From Macrostomum lignano (taxonomy: Eukaryota), in NCBI GenBank assembly GCA_002269645.1, contig NIVC01003829.1, positions 10,853-74,852 on the forward strand: a DNA stretch of 64,000 nt, written 5' to 3'. Each line of letters starts with the position of its first letter. The first letter of the stretch is position 1. The translations under genes were made by a program, and so were the position numbers. Shown in pieces: positions 13,501 through 35,600 of this stretch. The notes under the pieces were generated by a model. That model saw only the letters and a list, made by a program, of their open reading frames with translations. It did no database searches and was not told the DNA's origin.

Positions 13501-16500
13501 CTACAAGGTAAACACACACAAACTCACTGACTACAAGGTAAACACACACAAACTCACTGACTACAAGGTAAACACACACAAACTCACTGACTACAAGGTA
13601 AACACACACAAACTCACTGACTACAAGGTAAACACACACAAACTCACTGACTACAAGGTAAACACACACAAACTCACTGACTACAAGGTAAACACACACA
13701 AACTCACTGACTACAAGGTAAACACACACAAACTCACTGACTACAAGGTAAACACACACAAACTCACTGACTACAAGGTAAACACACACAAACTCACTGA
13801 CTACAAGGTAAACACACACAAACTCACTGACTACAAGGTAAACACACACAAACTCACTGACTACAAGGTAAACACACACAAACTCACTGACTACAAGGTA
13901 AACACACACAAACTCACTGACTACAAGGTAAACACACACAAACTCACTGACTACAAGGTAAACACACACAAACTCACTGACTACAAGGTAAACACACACA
14001 AACTCACTGACTACAAGGTAAACACACACAAACTCACTGACTACAAGGTAAACACACACAAACTCACTGACTACAAGGTAAACACACACAAACTCACTGA
14101 CTACAAGGTAAACACACACAAACTCACTGACTACAAGGTAAACACACACAAACTCACTGACTACAAGGTAAACACACACAAACTCACTGACTACAAGGTA
14201 AACACACACAAACTCACTGACTACAAGGTAAACACACACAAACTCACTGACTACAAGGTAAACACACACAAACTCACTGACTACAAGGTAAACACACACA
14301 AACTCACTGACTACAAGGTAAACACACACAAACTCACTGACTACAAGGTAAACACACACAAACTCACTGACTACAAGGTAAACACACACAAACTCACTGA
14401 CTACAAGGTAAACACACACAAACTCACTGACTACAAGGTAAACACACACAAACTCACTGACTACAAGGTAAACACACACAAACTCACTGACTACAAGGTA
14501 AACACACACAAACTCACTGACTACAAGGTAAACACACACAAACTCACTGACTACAAGGTAAACACACACAAACTCACTGACTACAAGGTAAACACACACA
14601 AACTCACTGACTACAAGGTAAACACACACAAACTCACTGACTACAAGGTAAACACACACAAACTCACTGACTACAAGGTAAACACACACAAACTCACTGA
14701 CTACAAGGTAAACACACACAAACTCACTGACTACAAGGTAAACACACACAAACTCACTGACTACAAGGTAAACACACACAAACTCACTGACTACAAGGTA
14801 AACACACACAAACTCACTGACTACAAGGTAAACACACACAAACTCACTGACTACAAGGTAAACACACACAAACTCACTGACTACAAGGTAAACACACACA
14901 AACTCACTGACTACAAGGTAAACACACACAAACTCACTGACTACAAGGTAAACACACACAAACTCACTGACTACAAGGTAAACACACACAAACTCACTGA
15001 CTACAAGGTAAACACACACAAACTCACTGACTACAAGGTAAACACACACAAACTCACTGACTACAAGGTAAACACACACAAACTCACTGACTACAAGGTA
15101 AACACACACAAACTCACTGACTACAAGGTAAACACACACAAACTCACTGACTACAAGGTAAACACACACAAACTCACTGACTACAAGGTAAACACACACA
15201 AACTCACTGACTACAAGGTAAACACACACAAACTCACTGACTACAAGGTAAACACACACAAACTCACTGACTACAAGGTAAACACACACAAACTCACTGA
15301 CTACAAGGTAAACACACACAAACTCACTGACTACAAGGTAAACACACACAAACTCACTGACTACAAGGTAAACACACACAAACTCACTGACTACAAGGTA
15401 AACACACACAAACTCACTGACTACAAGGTAAACACACACAAACTCACTGACTACAAGGTAAACACACACAAACTCACTGACTACAAGGTAAACACACACA
15501 AACTCACTGACTACAAGGTAAACACACACAAACTCACTGACTACAAGGTAAACACACACAAACTCACTGACTACAAGGTAAACACACACAAACTCACTGA
15601 CTACAAGGTAAACACACACAAACTCACTGACTACAAGGTAAACACACACAAACTCACTGACTACAAGGTAAACACACACAAACTCACTGACTACAAGGTA
15701 AACACACACAAACTCACTGACTACAAGGTAAACACACACAAACTCACTGACTACAAGGTAAACACACACAAACTCACTGACTACAAGGTAAACACACACA
15801 AACTCACTGACTACAAGGTAAACACACACAAACTCACTGACTACAAGGTAAACACACACAAACTCACTGACTACAAGGTAAACACACACAAACTCACTGA
15901 CTACAAGGTAAACACACACAAACTCACTGACTACAAGGTAAACACACACAAACTCACTGACTACAAGGTAAACACACACAAACTCACTGACTACAAGGTA
16001 AACACACACAAACTCACTGACTACAAGGTAAACACACACAAACTCACTGACTACAAGGTAAACACACACAAACTCACTGACTACAAGGTAAACACACACA
16101 AACTCACTGACTACAAGGTAAACACACACAAACTCACTGACTACAAGGTAAACACACACAAACTCACTGACTACAAGGTAAACACACACAAACTCACTGA
16201 CTACAAGGTAAACACACACAAACTCACTGACTACAAGGTAAACACACACAAACTCACTGACTACAAGGTAAACACACACAAACTCACTGACTACAAGGTA
16301 AACACACACAAACTCACTGACTACAAGGTAAACACACACAAACTCACTGACTACAAGGTAAACACACACAAACTCACTGACTACAAGGTAAACACACACA
16401 AACTCACTGACTACAAGGTAAACACACACAAACTCACTGACTACAAGGTAAACACACACAAACTCACTGACTACAAGGTAAAACACACAAACTCACTGAC

Positions 16501-18243
16501 TACAAGGTAAACACACACAAACTCACTGACTACAAGGTAAACACACACAAACTCACTGACTACAAGGTAAACACACACAAACTCACTGACTACAAGGTAA
16601 ACACACACAAACTCACTGACTACAAGGTAAACACACACAAACTCACTGACTACAAGGTAAACACACACAAACTCACTGACTACAAGGTAAACACACACAA
16701 ACTCACTGACTACAAGGTAAACACACACAAACTCACTGACTACAAGGTAAACACACACAAACTCACTGACTACAAGGTAAACACACACAAACTCACTGAC
16801 TACAAGGTAAACACACACAAACTCACTGACTACAAGGTAAACACACACAAACTCACTGACTACAAGGTAAACACACACAAACTCACTGACTACAAGGTAA
16901 ACACACACAAACTCACTGACTACAAGGTAAACACACACAAACTCACTGACTACAAGGTAAACACACACAAACTCACTGACTACAAGGTAAACACACACAA
17001 ACTCACTGACTACAAGGTAAACACACACAAACTCACTGACTACAAGGTAAACACACACAAACTCACTGACTACAAGGTAAACACACACAAACTCACTGAC
17101 TACAAGGTAAACACACACAAACTCACTGACTACAAGGTAAACACACACAAACTCACTGACTACAAGGTAAACACACACAAACTCACTGACTACAAGGTAA
17201 ACACACACAAACTCACTGACTACAAGGTAAACACACACAAACTCACTGACTACAAGGTAAACACACACAAACTCACTGACTACAAGGTAAACACACACAA
17301 ACTCACTGACTACAAGGTAAACACACACAAACTCACTGACTACAAGGTAAACACACACAAACTCACTGACTACAAGGTAAACACACACAAACTCACTGAC
17401 TACAAGGTAAACACACACAAACTCACTGACTACAAGGTAAACACACACAAACTCACTGACTACAAGGTAAACACACACAAACTCACTGACTACAAGGTAA
17501 ACACACACAAACTCACTGACTACAAGGTAAACACACACAAACTCACTGACTACAAGGTAAACACACACAAACTCACTGACTACAAGGTAAACACACACAA
17601 ACTCACTGACTACAAGGTAAACACACACAAACTCACTGACTACAAGGTAAACACACACAAACTCACTGACTACAAGGTAAACACACACAAACTCACTGAC
17701 TACAAGGTAAACACACACAAACTCACTGACTACAAGGTAAACACACACAAACTCACTGACTACAAGGTAAACACACACAAACTCACTGACTACAAGGTAA
17801 ACACACACAAACTCACTGACTACAAGGTAAACACACACAAACTCACTGACTACAAGGTAAACACACACAAACTCACTGACTACAAGGTAAACACACACAA
17901 ACTCACTGACTACAAGGTAAACACACACAAACTCACTGACTACAAGGTAAACACACACAAACTCACTGACTACAAGGTAAAACACACAAACTCACTGACT
18001 ACAAGGTAAACACACACAAACTCACTGACTACAAGGTAAACACACACAAACTCACTGACTACAAGGTAAACACACACAAACTCACTGACTACAAGGTAAA
18101 CACACACAAACTCACTGACTACAAGGTAAACACACACAAACTCACTGACTACAAGGTAAACACACACAAACTCACTGACTACAAGGTAAAACACACAAAC
18201 TCACTGACTACAAGGTAAACACACACAAACTCACTGACTACAA
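10510..18243. repeat. 30-bp satellite array, block 1 (AAGGTAAACACACACAAACTCACTGACTAC), about 257 units
   Basis: Near-perfect period-30 repeat with variants concentrated at the left edge. The minus-strand VYLVVSEFVC ORFs are artefacts of this repeat. Confidence 0.99.
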
Positions 18244-18332
18244 CTTACTTACTTACTACTGACGGGGGGCGCAGGCGCCGCGAATAGGCCGCGAGGCCCC
18301 TATCGCAACCCCAAGGTAAAAGAGCACAAGGA

Positions 18333-23211
<4,879 letters not shown>

Positions 23212-23628
23212 TTATCCCAGGATTGCTCCCAGGCGAGGCTCCGGCAGGCCCCCGGTCCACACTCTGCAAGATCAGGGGGCGGGAGGCCGGCTGTGGGCTT
23301 GGGACACAGGCGCCAGGTCGAGTTGACAGCCGACGCCCGAGCCCTCCCCCACAAGAGCGGCCCTCGAGAACCCGTGTGGTACCAGTTGCAACTAAGGGCT
23401 GTCGATGGGTAGTTGGCGCTTAGCCAGCAGCCAACTACTTAGCAGCCACCTGCCCCGCAAAAAAGCAGCAGGGGGGATCCGTCCCCCACCAGCAGACCAA
23501 GACGAGGAAGCTAGCCGCTTCCACGCCAGGCCAGAACGAAAAGGAGGGGGAAGAGCCTCCTCGAAAAACGAAAAGCTGGCGGATGTCACAGAGTCCCTCG
23601 GTTTAAGTTGCCGTTTGCCCAAGGTAAA

Positions 23629-26600
23629 CAAGGTAAACACACACAAACTCACTGACTACAAGGTAAACACACACAAACTCACTGACTACAAGGTAAACAC
23701 ACACAAACTCACTGACTACAAGTTAAACACACACAAACTCACTGACTACAAGGTAAACACACACAAACTCACTGACTACAAGCTAAAACACACACAAACT
23801 CACTGACTACAAGGTAAAACACACACAAACTCACTGACTACAAGGTAAACACACACAAACTCACTGACTACAAGGTAAACACACACAAACTCACTGACTA
23901 CAAGTAAAACACACACAAACTCACTGACTACAAGGTAAAACACACACAAACTCACTGACTACAAGGTAAACACACACAAACTCACTGACTACAAGGTAAA
24001 CACACACAAACTCACTGACTACAAGGTAAACACACACAAACTCACTGACTACAAGGTAAACACACACAAACTCACTGACTACAAGGTAAACACACACAAA
24101 CTCACTGACTACAAGGTAAACGCACACAAACTCACTGACTACAAGGTAAAACACACAAACTCACTGACTACAAGGTAAACACACACAAACTCACTGACTA
24201 CAAGGTAAACACACACAAACTCACTGACTACAAGCTAAAACACACACAAACTCACTGACTACAAGGTAAACACACACAAACTCACTGACTACAAGTTAAA
24301 ACACACACAAACTCACTGACTACAAGGTAAACACATACAAACTCACTGACTACAAGGTAAACACACACAAACTCACTGACTACAAGGTAAAACACACACA
24401 AACTCACTGACTACAAGGTAAAACACACACAAACTCACTGACTACAAGGTAAACGCACACAAACTCACTGACTACAAGGTAAACACACACAAACTCACTG
24501 ACTACAAGGTAAACACACACAAACTCACTGACTACAAGGTAAACACACACAAACTCACTGACTACAAGGTAAACACACACAAACTCACTGACTACAAGGT
24601 AAACACACACAAACTCACTGACTACAAGTAAACACACACAAACTCACTGACTACAAGGTAAACACACACAAACTCACTGACTACAAGGTAAACACACACA
24701 AACTCACTGACTACAAGGTAAACACACACAAACTCACTGACTACAAGGTAAACACACACAAACTCACTGACTACAAGGTAAACACACACAAACTCACTGA
24801 CTACAAGGTAAACACACACAAACTCACTGACTACAAGGTAAAACGCACACAAACTCACTGACTACAAGGTAAACACACACAAACTCACTGACTACAAGGT
24901 AAACACATACAAACTCACTGACTACAAGGTAAACACACACAAACTCACTGACTACAAGGTAAACACACACAAACTCACTGACTACAAGGTAAACACACAC
25001 AAACTCACTGACTACAAGGTAAACACACACAAACTCACTGACTACAAGGTAAACACACACAAACTCACTGACTACAAGGTAAAACACACACAAACTCACT
25101 GACTACAAGGTAAAACACACACAAACTCACTGACTACAAGGTAAACACACACAAACTCACTGACTACAAGGTAAACACACACAAACTCACTGACTACAAG
25201 GTAAACACACACAAACTCACTGACTACAAGGTAAACACACACAAACTCACTGACTACAAGGTAAACACACACAAACTCACTGACTACAAGGTAAACACAC
25301 ACAAACTCACTGACTACAAGGTAAACACACACAAACTCACTGACTACAAGGTAAACACACACAAACTCACTGACTACAAGGTAAACACACACAAACTCAC
25401 TGACTACAAGGTAAACACACACAAACTCACTGACTACAAGGTAAACACACACAAACTCACTGACTACAAGGTAAACACACACAAACTCACTGACTACAAG
25501 GTAAACACACACAAACTCACTGACTACAAGGTAAACACACACAAACTCACTGACTACAAGGTAAACACACACAAACTCACTGACTACAAGGTAAACACAC
25601 ACAAACTCACTGACTACAAGGTAAACACACACAAACTCACTGACTACAAGGTAAACACACAAACTCACTGACTACAAGGTAAACACACACAAACTCACTG
25701 ACTACAAGGTAAACACACACAAACTCACTGACTACAAGGTAAACACACACAAACTCACTGACTACAAGGTAAACACACACAAACTCACTGACTACAAGGT
25801 AAACACACACAAACTCACTGACTACAAGGTAAACACACACAAACTCACTGACTACAAGGTAAACACACACAAACTCACTGACTACAAGGTAAACACACAC
25901 AAACTCACTGACTACAAGGTAAACACACACAAACTCACTGACTACAAGGTAAACACACACAAACTCACTGACTACAAGGTAAACACACACAAACTCACTG
26001 ACTACAAGGTAAACACACACAAACTCACTGACTACAAGGTAAACACACACAAACTCACTGACTACAAGGTAAACACACACAAACTCACTGACTACAAGGT
26101 AAACACACACAAACTCACTGACTACAAGGTAAACACACACAAACTCACTGACTACAAGGTAAACACACACAAACTCACTGACTACAAGGTAAACACACAC
26201 AAACTCACTGACTACAAGGTAAACACACACAAACTCACTGACTACAAGGTAAACACACACAAACTCACTGACTACAAGGTAAACACACACAAACTCACTG
26301 ACTACAAGGTAAACACACACAAACTCACTGACTACAAGGTAAACACACACAAACTCACTGACTACAAGGTAAACACACACAAACTCACTGACTACAAGGT
26401 AAACACACACAAACTCACTGACTACAAGGTAAACACACACAAACTCACTGACTACAAGGTAAACACACACAAACTCACTGACTACAAGGTAAACACACAC
26501 AAACTCACTGACTACAAGGTAAACACACACAAACTCACTGACTACAAGGTAAACACACACAAACTCACTGACTACAAGGTAAACACACACAAACTCACTG

Positions 26601-29600
26601 ACTACAAGGTAAACACACACAAACTCACTGACTACAAGGTAAACACACACAAACTCACTGACTACAAGGTAAACACACACAAACTCACTGACTACAAGGT
26701 AAACACACACAAACTCACTGACTACAAGGTAAACACACACAAACTCACTGACTACAAGGTAAACACACACAAACTCACTGACTACAAGGTAAACACACAC
26801 AAACTCACTGACTACAAGGTAAACACACACAAACTCACTGACTACAAGGTAAACACACACAAACTCACTGACTACAAGGTAAACACACACAAACTCACTG
26901 ACTACAAGGTAAACACACACAAACTCACTGACTACAAGGTAAACACACACAAACTCACTGACTACAAGGTAAACACACACAAACTCACTGACTACAAGGT
27001 AAACACACACAAACTCACTGACTACAAGGTAAAACACACACAAACTCACTGACTACAAGGTAAACACACACAAACTCACTGACTACAAGGTAAACACACA
27101 CAAACTCACTGACTACAAGGTAAACACACACAAACTCACTGACTACAAGGTAAACACACACAAACTCACTGACTACAAGGTAAACACACACAAACTCACT
27201 GACTACAAGGTAAACACACACAAACTCACTGACTACAAGGTAAACACACACAAACTCACTGACTACAAGGTAAACACACACAAACTCACTGACTACAAGG
27301 TAAACACACACAAACTCACTGACTACAAGGTAAACACACACAAACTCACTGACTACAAGGTAAACACACACAAACTCACTGACTACAAGGTAAACACACA
27401 CAAACTCACTGACTACAAGGTAAACACACACAAACTCACTGACTACAAGGTAAACACACACAAACTCACTGACTACAAGGTAAACACACACAAACTCACT
27501 GACTACAAGGTAAACACACACAAACTCACTGACTACAAGGTAAACACACACAAACTCACTGACTACAAGGTAAACACACACAAACTCACTGACTACAAGG
27601 TAAACACACACAAACTCACTGACTACAAGGTAAACACACACAAACTCACTGACTACAAGGTAAACACACACAAACTCACTGACTACAAGGTAAACACACA
27701 CAAACTCACTGACTACAAGGTAAACACACACAAACTCACTGACTACAAGGTAAACACACACAAACTCACTGACTACAAGGTAAACACACACAAACTCACT
27801 GACTACAAGGTAAACACACACAAACTCACTGACTACAAGGTAAACACACACAAACTCACTGACTACAAGGTAAACACACACAAACTCACTGACTACAAGG
27901 TAAACACACACAAACTCACTGACTACAAGGTAAACACACACAAACTCACTGACTACAAGGTAAACACACACAAACTCACTGACTACAAGGTAAACACACA
28001 CAAACTCACTGACTACAAGGTAAACACACACAAACTCACTGACTACAAGGTAAACACACACAAACTCACTGACTACAAGGTAAACACACACAAACTCACT
28101 GACTACAAGGTAAACACACACAAACTCACTGACTACAAGGTAAACACACACAAACTCACTGACTACAAGGTAAACACACACAAACTCACTGACTACAAGG
28201 TAAACACACACAAACTCACTGACTACAAGGTAAACACACACAAACTCACTGACTACAAGGTAAACACACACAAACTCACTGACTACAAGGTAAACACACA
28301 CAAACTCACTGACTACAAGGTAAACACACACAAACTCACTGACTACAAGGTAAACACACACAAACTCACTGACTACAAGGTAAACACACACAAACTCACT
28401 GACTACAAGGTAAACACACACAAACTCACTGACTACAAGGTAAACACACACAAACTCACTGACTACAAGGTAAACACACACAAACTCACTGACTACAAGG
28501 TAAACACACACAAACTCACTGACTACAAGGTAAACACACACAAACTCACTGACTACAAGGTAAACACACACAAACTCACTGACTACAAGGTAAACACACA
28601 CAAACTCACTGACTACAAGGTAAACACACACAAACTCACTGACTACAAGGTAAACACACACAAACTCACTGACTACAAGGTAAACACACACAAACTCACT
28701 GACTACAAGGTAAACACACACAAACTCACTGACTACAAGGTAAACACACACAAACTCACTGACTACAAGGTAAACACACACAAACTCACTGACTACAAGG
28801 TAAACACACACAAACTCACTGACTACAAGGTAAACACACACAAACTCACTGACTACAAGGTAAACACACACAAACTCACTGACTACAAGGTAAACACACA
28901 CAAACTCACTGACTACAAGGTAAACACACACAAACTCACTGACTACAAGGTAAACACACACAAACTCACTGACTACAAGGTAAACACACACAAACTCACT
29001 GACTACAAGGTAAACACACACAAACTCACTGACTACAAGGTAAACACACACAAACTCACTGACTACAAGGTAAACACACACAAACTCACTGACTACAAGG
29101 TAAACACACACAAACTCACTGACTACAAGGTAAACACACACAAACTCACTGACTACAAGGTAAACACACACAAACTCACTGACTACAAGGTAAACACACA
29201 CAAACTCACTGACTACAAGGTAAACACACACAAACTCACTGACTACAAGGTAAACACACACAAACTCACTGACTACAAGGTAAACACACACAAACTCACT
29301 GACTACAAGGTAAACACACACAAACTCACTGACTACAAGGTAAACACACACAAACTCACTGACTACAAGGTAAACACACACAAACTCACTGACTACAAGG
29401 TAAACACACACAAACTCACTGACTACAAGGTAAACACACACAAACTCACTGACTACAAGGTAAACACACACAAACTCACTGACTACAAGGTAAACACACA
29501 CAAACTCACTGACTACAAGGTAAACACACACAAACTCACTGACTACAAGGTAAACACACACAAACTCACTGACTACAAGGTAAACACACACAAACTCACT

Positions 29601-32600
29601 GACTACAAGGTAAACACACACAAACTCACTGACTACAAGGTAAACACACACAAACTCACTGACTACAAGGTAAACACACACAAACTCACTGACTACAAGG
29701 TAAACACACACAAACTCACTGACTACAAGGTAAACACACACAAACTCACTGACTACAAGGTAAACACACACAAACTCACTGACTACAAGGTAAACACACA
29801 CAAACTCACTGACTACAAGGTAAACACACACAAACTCACTGACTACAAGGTAAACACACACAAACTCACTGACTACAAGGTAAACACACACAAACTCACT
29901 GACTACAAGGTAAACACACACAAACTCACTGACTACAAGGTAAACACACACAAACTCACTGACTACAAGGTAAACACACACAAACTCACTGACTACAAGG
30001 TAAACACACACAAACTCACTGACTACAAGGTAAACACACACAAACTCACTGACTACAAGGTAAACACACACAAACTCACTGACTACAAGGTAAACACACA
30101 CAAACTCACTGACTACAAGGTAAACACACACAAACTCACTGACTACAAGGTAAACACACACAAACTCACTGACTACAAGGTAAACACACACAAACTCACT
30201 GACTACAAGGTAAACACACACAAACTCACTGACTACAAGGTAAACACACACAAACTCACTGACTACAAGGTAAACACACACAAACTCACTGACTACAAGG
30301 TAAACACACACAAACTCACTGACTACAAGGTAAACACACACAAACTCACTGACTACAAGGTAAACACACACAAACTCACTGACTACAAGGTAAACACACA
30401 CAAACTCACTGACTACAAGGTAAACACACACAAACTCACTGACTACAAGGTAAACACACACAAACTCACTGACTACAAGGTAAACACACACAAACTCACT
30501 GACTACAAGGTAAACACACACAAACTCACTGACTACAAGGTAAACACACACAAACTCACTGACTACAAGGTAAACACACACAAACTCACTGACTACAAGG
30601 TAAACACACACAAACTCACTGACTACAAGGTAAACACACACAAACTCACTGACTACAAGGTAAACACACACAAACTCACTGACTACAAGGTAAACACACA
30701 CAAACTCACTGACTACAAGGTAAACACACACAAACTCACTGACTACAAGGTAAACACACACAAACTCACTGACTACAAGGTAAACACACACAAACTCACT
30801 GACTACAAGGTAAACACACACAAACTCACTGACTACAAGGTAAACACACACAAACTCACTGACTACAAGGTAAACACACACAAACTCACTGACTACAAGG
30901 TAAACACACACAAACTCACTGACTACAAGGTAAACACACACAAACTCACTGACTACAAGGTAAACACACACAAACTCACTGACTACAAGGTAAACACACA
31001 CAAACTCACTGACTACAAGGTAAACACACACAAACTCACTGACTACAAGGTAAACACACACAAACTCACTGACTACAAGGTAAACACACACAAACTCACT
31101 GACTACAAGGTAAACACACACAAACTCACTGACTACAAGGTAAACACACACAAACTCACTGACTACAAGGTAAACACACACAAACTCACTGACTACAAGG
31201 TAAACACACACAAACTCACTGACTACAAGGTAAACACACACAAACTCACTGACTACAAGGTAAACACACACAAACTCACTGACTACAAGGTAAACACACA
31301 CAAACTCACTGACTACAAGGTAAACACACACAAACTCACTGACTACAAGGTAAACACACACAAACTCACTGACTACAAGGTAAACACACACAAACTCACT
31401 GACTACAAGGTAAACACACACAAACTCACTGACTACAAGGTAAACACACACAAACTCACTGACTACAAGGTAAACACACACAAACTCACTGACTACAAGG
31501 TAAACACACACAAACTCACTGACTACAAGGTAAACACACACAAACTCACTGACTACAAGGTAAACACACACAAACTCACTGACTACAAGGTAAACACACA
31601 CAAACTCACTGACTACAAGGTAAACACACACAAACTCACTGACTACAAGGTAAACACACACAAACTCACTGACTACAAGGTAAACACACACAAACTCACT
31701 GACTACAAGGTAAACACACACAAACTCACTGACTACAAGGTAAACACACACAAACTCACTGACTACAAGGTAAACACACACAAACTCACTGACTACAAGG
31801 TAAACACACACAAACTCACTGACTACAAGGTAAACACACACAAACTCACTGACTACAAGGTAAACACACACAAACTCACTGACTACAAGGTAAACACACA
31901 CAAACTCACTGACTACAAGGTAAACACACACAAACTCACTGACTACAAGGTAAACACACACAAACTCACTGACTACAAGGTAAACACACACAAACTCACT
32001 GACTACAAGGTAAACACACACAAACTCACTGACTACAAGGTAAACACACACAAACTCACTGACTACAAGGTAAACACACACAAACTCACTGACTACAAGG
32101 TAAACACACACAAACTCACTGACTACAAGGTAAACACACACAAACTCACTGACTACAAGGTAAACACACACAAACTCACTGACTACAAGGTAAACACACA
32201 CAAACTCACTGACTACAAGGTAAACACACACAAACTCACTGACTACAAGGTAAACACACACAAACTCACTGACTACAAGGTAAACACACACAAACTCACT
32301 GACTACAAGGTAAACACACACAAACTCACTGACTACAAGGTAAACACACACAAACTCACTGACTACAAGGTAAACACACACAAACTCACTGACTACAAGG
32401 TAAACACACACAAACTCACTGACTACAAGGTAAACACACACAAACTCACTGACTACAAGGTAAACACACACAAACTCACTGACTACAAGGTAAACACACA
32501 CAAACTCACTGACTACAAGGTAAACACACACAAACTCACTGACTACAAGGTAAACACACACAAACTCACTGACTACAAGGTAAACACACACAAACTCACT

Positions 32601-35600
32601 GACTACAAGGTAAACACACACAAACTCACTGACTACAAGGTAAACACACACAAACTCACTGACTACAAGGTAAACACACACAAACTCACTGACTACAAGG
32701 TAAACACACACAAACTCACTGACTACAAGGTAAACACACACAAACTCACTGACTACAAGGTAAACACACACAAACTCACTGACTACAAGGTAAACACACA
32801 CAAACTCACTGACTACAAGGTAAACACACACAAACTCACTGACTACAAGGTAAACACACACAAACTCACTGACTACAAGGTAAACACACACAAACTCACT
32901 GACTACAAGGTAAACACACACAAACTCACTGACTACAAGGTAAACACACACAAACTCACTGACTACAAGGTAAACACACACAAACTCACTGACTACAAGG
33001 TAAACACACACAAACTCACTGACTACAAGGTAAACACACACAAACTCACTGACTACAAGGTAAACACACACAAACTCACTGACTACAAGGTAAACACACA
33101 CAAACTCACTGACTACAAGGTAAACACACACAAACTCACTGACTACAAGGTAAACACACACAAACTCACTGACTACAAGGTAAACACACACAAACTCACT
33201 GACTACAAGGTAAACACACACAAACTCACTGACTACAAGGTAAACACACACAAACTCACTGACTACAAGGTAAACACACACAAACTCACTGACTACAAGG
33301 TAAACACACACAAACTCACTGACTACAAGGTAAACACACACAAACTCACTGACTACAAGGTAAACACACACAAACTCACTGACTACAAGGTAAACACACA
33401 CAAACTCACTGACTACAAGGTAAACACACACAAACTCACTGACTACAAGGTAAACACACACAAACTCACTGACTACAAGGTAAACACACACAAACTCACT
33501 GACTACAAGGTAAACACACACAAACTCACTGACTACAAGGTAAACACACACAAACTCACTGACTACAAGGTAAACACACACAAACTCACTGACTACAAGG
33601 TAAACACACACAAACTCACTGACTACAAGGTAAACACACACAAACTCACTGACTACAAGGTAAACACACACAAACTCACTGACTACAAGGTAAACACACA
33701 CAAACTCACTGACTACAAGGTAAACACACACAAACTCACTGACTACAAGGTAAACACACACAAACTCACTGACTACAAGGTAAACACACACAAACTCACT
33801 GACTACAAGGTAAACACACACAAACTCACTGACTACAAGGTAAACACACACAAACTCACTGACTACAAGGTAAACACACACAAACTCACTGACTACAAGG
33901 TAAACACACACAAACTCACTGACTACAAGGTAAACACACACAAACTCACTGACTACAAGGTAAACACACACAAACTCACTGACTACAAGGTAAACACACA
34001 CAAACTCACTGACTACAAGGTAAACACACACAAACTCACTGACTACAAGGTAAACACACACAAACTCACTGACTACAAGGTAAACACACACAAACTCACT
34101 GACTACAAGGTAAACACACACAAACTCACTGACTACAAGGTAAACACACACAAACTCACTGACTACAAGGTAAACACACACAAACTCACTGACTACAAGG
34201 TAAACACACACAAACTCACTGACTACAAGGTAAACACACACAAACTCACTGACTACAAGGTAAACACACACAAACTCACTGACTACAAGGTAAACACACA
34301 CAAACTCACTGACTACAAGGTAAACACACACAAACTCACTGACTACAAGGTAAACACACACAAACTCACTGACTACAAGGTAAACACACACAAACTCACT
34401 GACTACAAGGTAAACACACACAAACTCACTGACTACAAGGTAAACACACACAAACTCACTGACTACAAGGTAAAACACACACAAACTCACTGACTACAAG
34501 GTAAACACACACAAACTCACTGACTACAAGGTAAACACACACAAACTCACTGACTACAAGGTAAACACACACAAACTCACTGACTACAAGGTAAACACAC
34601 ACAAACTCACTGACTACAAGGTAAACACACACAAACTCACTGACTACAAGGTAAACACACACAAACTCACTGACTACAAGGTAAACACACACAAACTCAC
34701 TGACTACAAGGTAAACACACACAAACTCACTGACTACAAGGTAAACACACACAAACTCACTGACTACAAGGTAAACACACACAAACTCACTGACTACAAG
34801 GTAAACACACACAAACTCACTGACTACAAGGTAAACACACACAAACTCACTGACTACAAGGTAAACACACACAAACTCACTGACTACAAGGTAAACACAC
34901 ACAAACTCACTGACTACAAGGTAAACACACACAAACTCACTGACTACAAGGTAAACACACACAAACTCACTGACTACAAGGTAAACACACACAAACTCAC
35001 TGACTACAAGGTAAACACACACAAACTCACTGACTACAAGGTAAACACACACAAACTCACTGACTACAAGGTAAACACACACAAACTCACTGACTACAAG
35101 GTAAACACACACAAACTCACTGACTACAAGGTAAACACACACAAACTCACTGACTACAAGGTAAACACACACAAACTCACTGACTACAAGGTAAACACAC
35201 ACAAACTCACTGACTACAAGGTAAACACACACAAACTCACTGACTACAAGGTAAACACACACAAACTCACTGACTACAAGGTAAACACACACAAACTCAC
35301 TGACTACAAGGTAAACACACACAAACTCACTGACTACAAGGTAAACACACACAAACTCACTGACTACAAGGTAAACACACACAAACTCACTGACTACAAG
35401 GTAAACACACACAAACTCACTGACTACAAGGTAAACACACACAAACTCACTGACTACAAGGTAAACACACACAAACTCACTGACTACAAGGTAAACACAC
35501 ACAAACTCACTGACTACAAGGTAAACACACACAAACTCACTGACTACAAGGTAAACACACACAAACTCACTGACTACAAGGTAAACACACACAAACTCAC

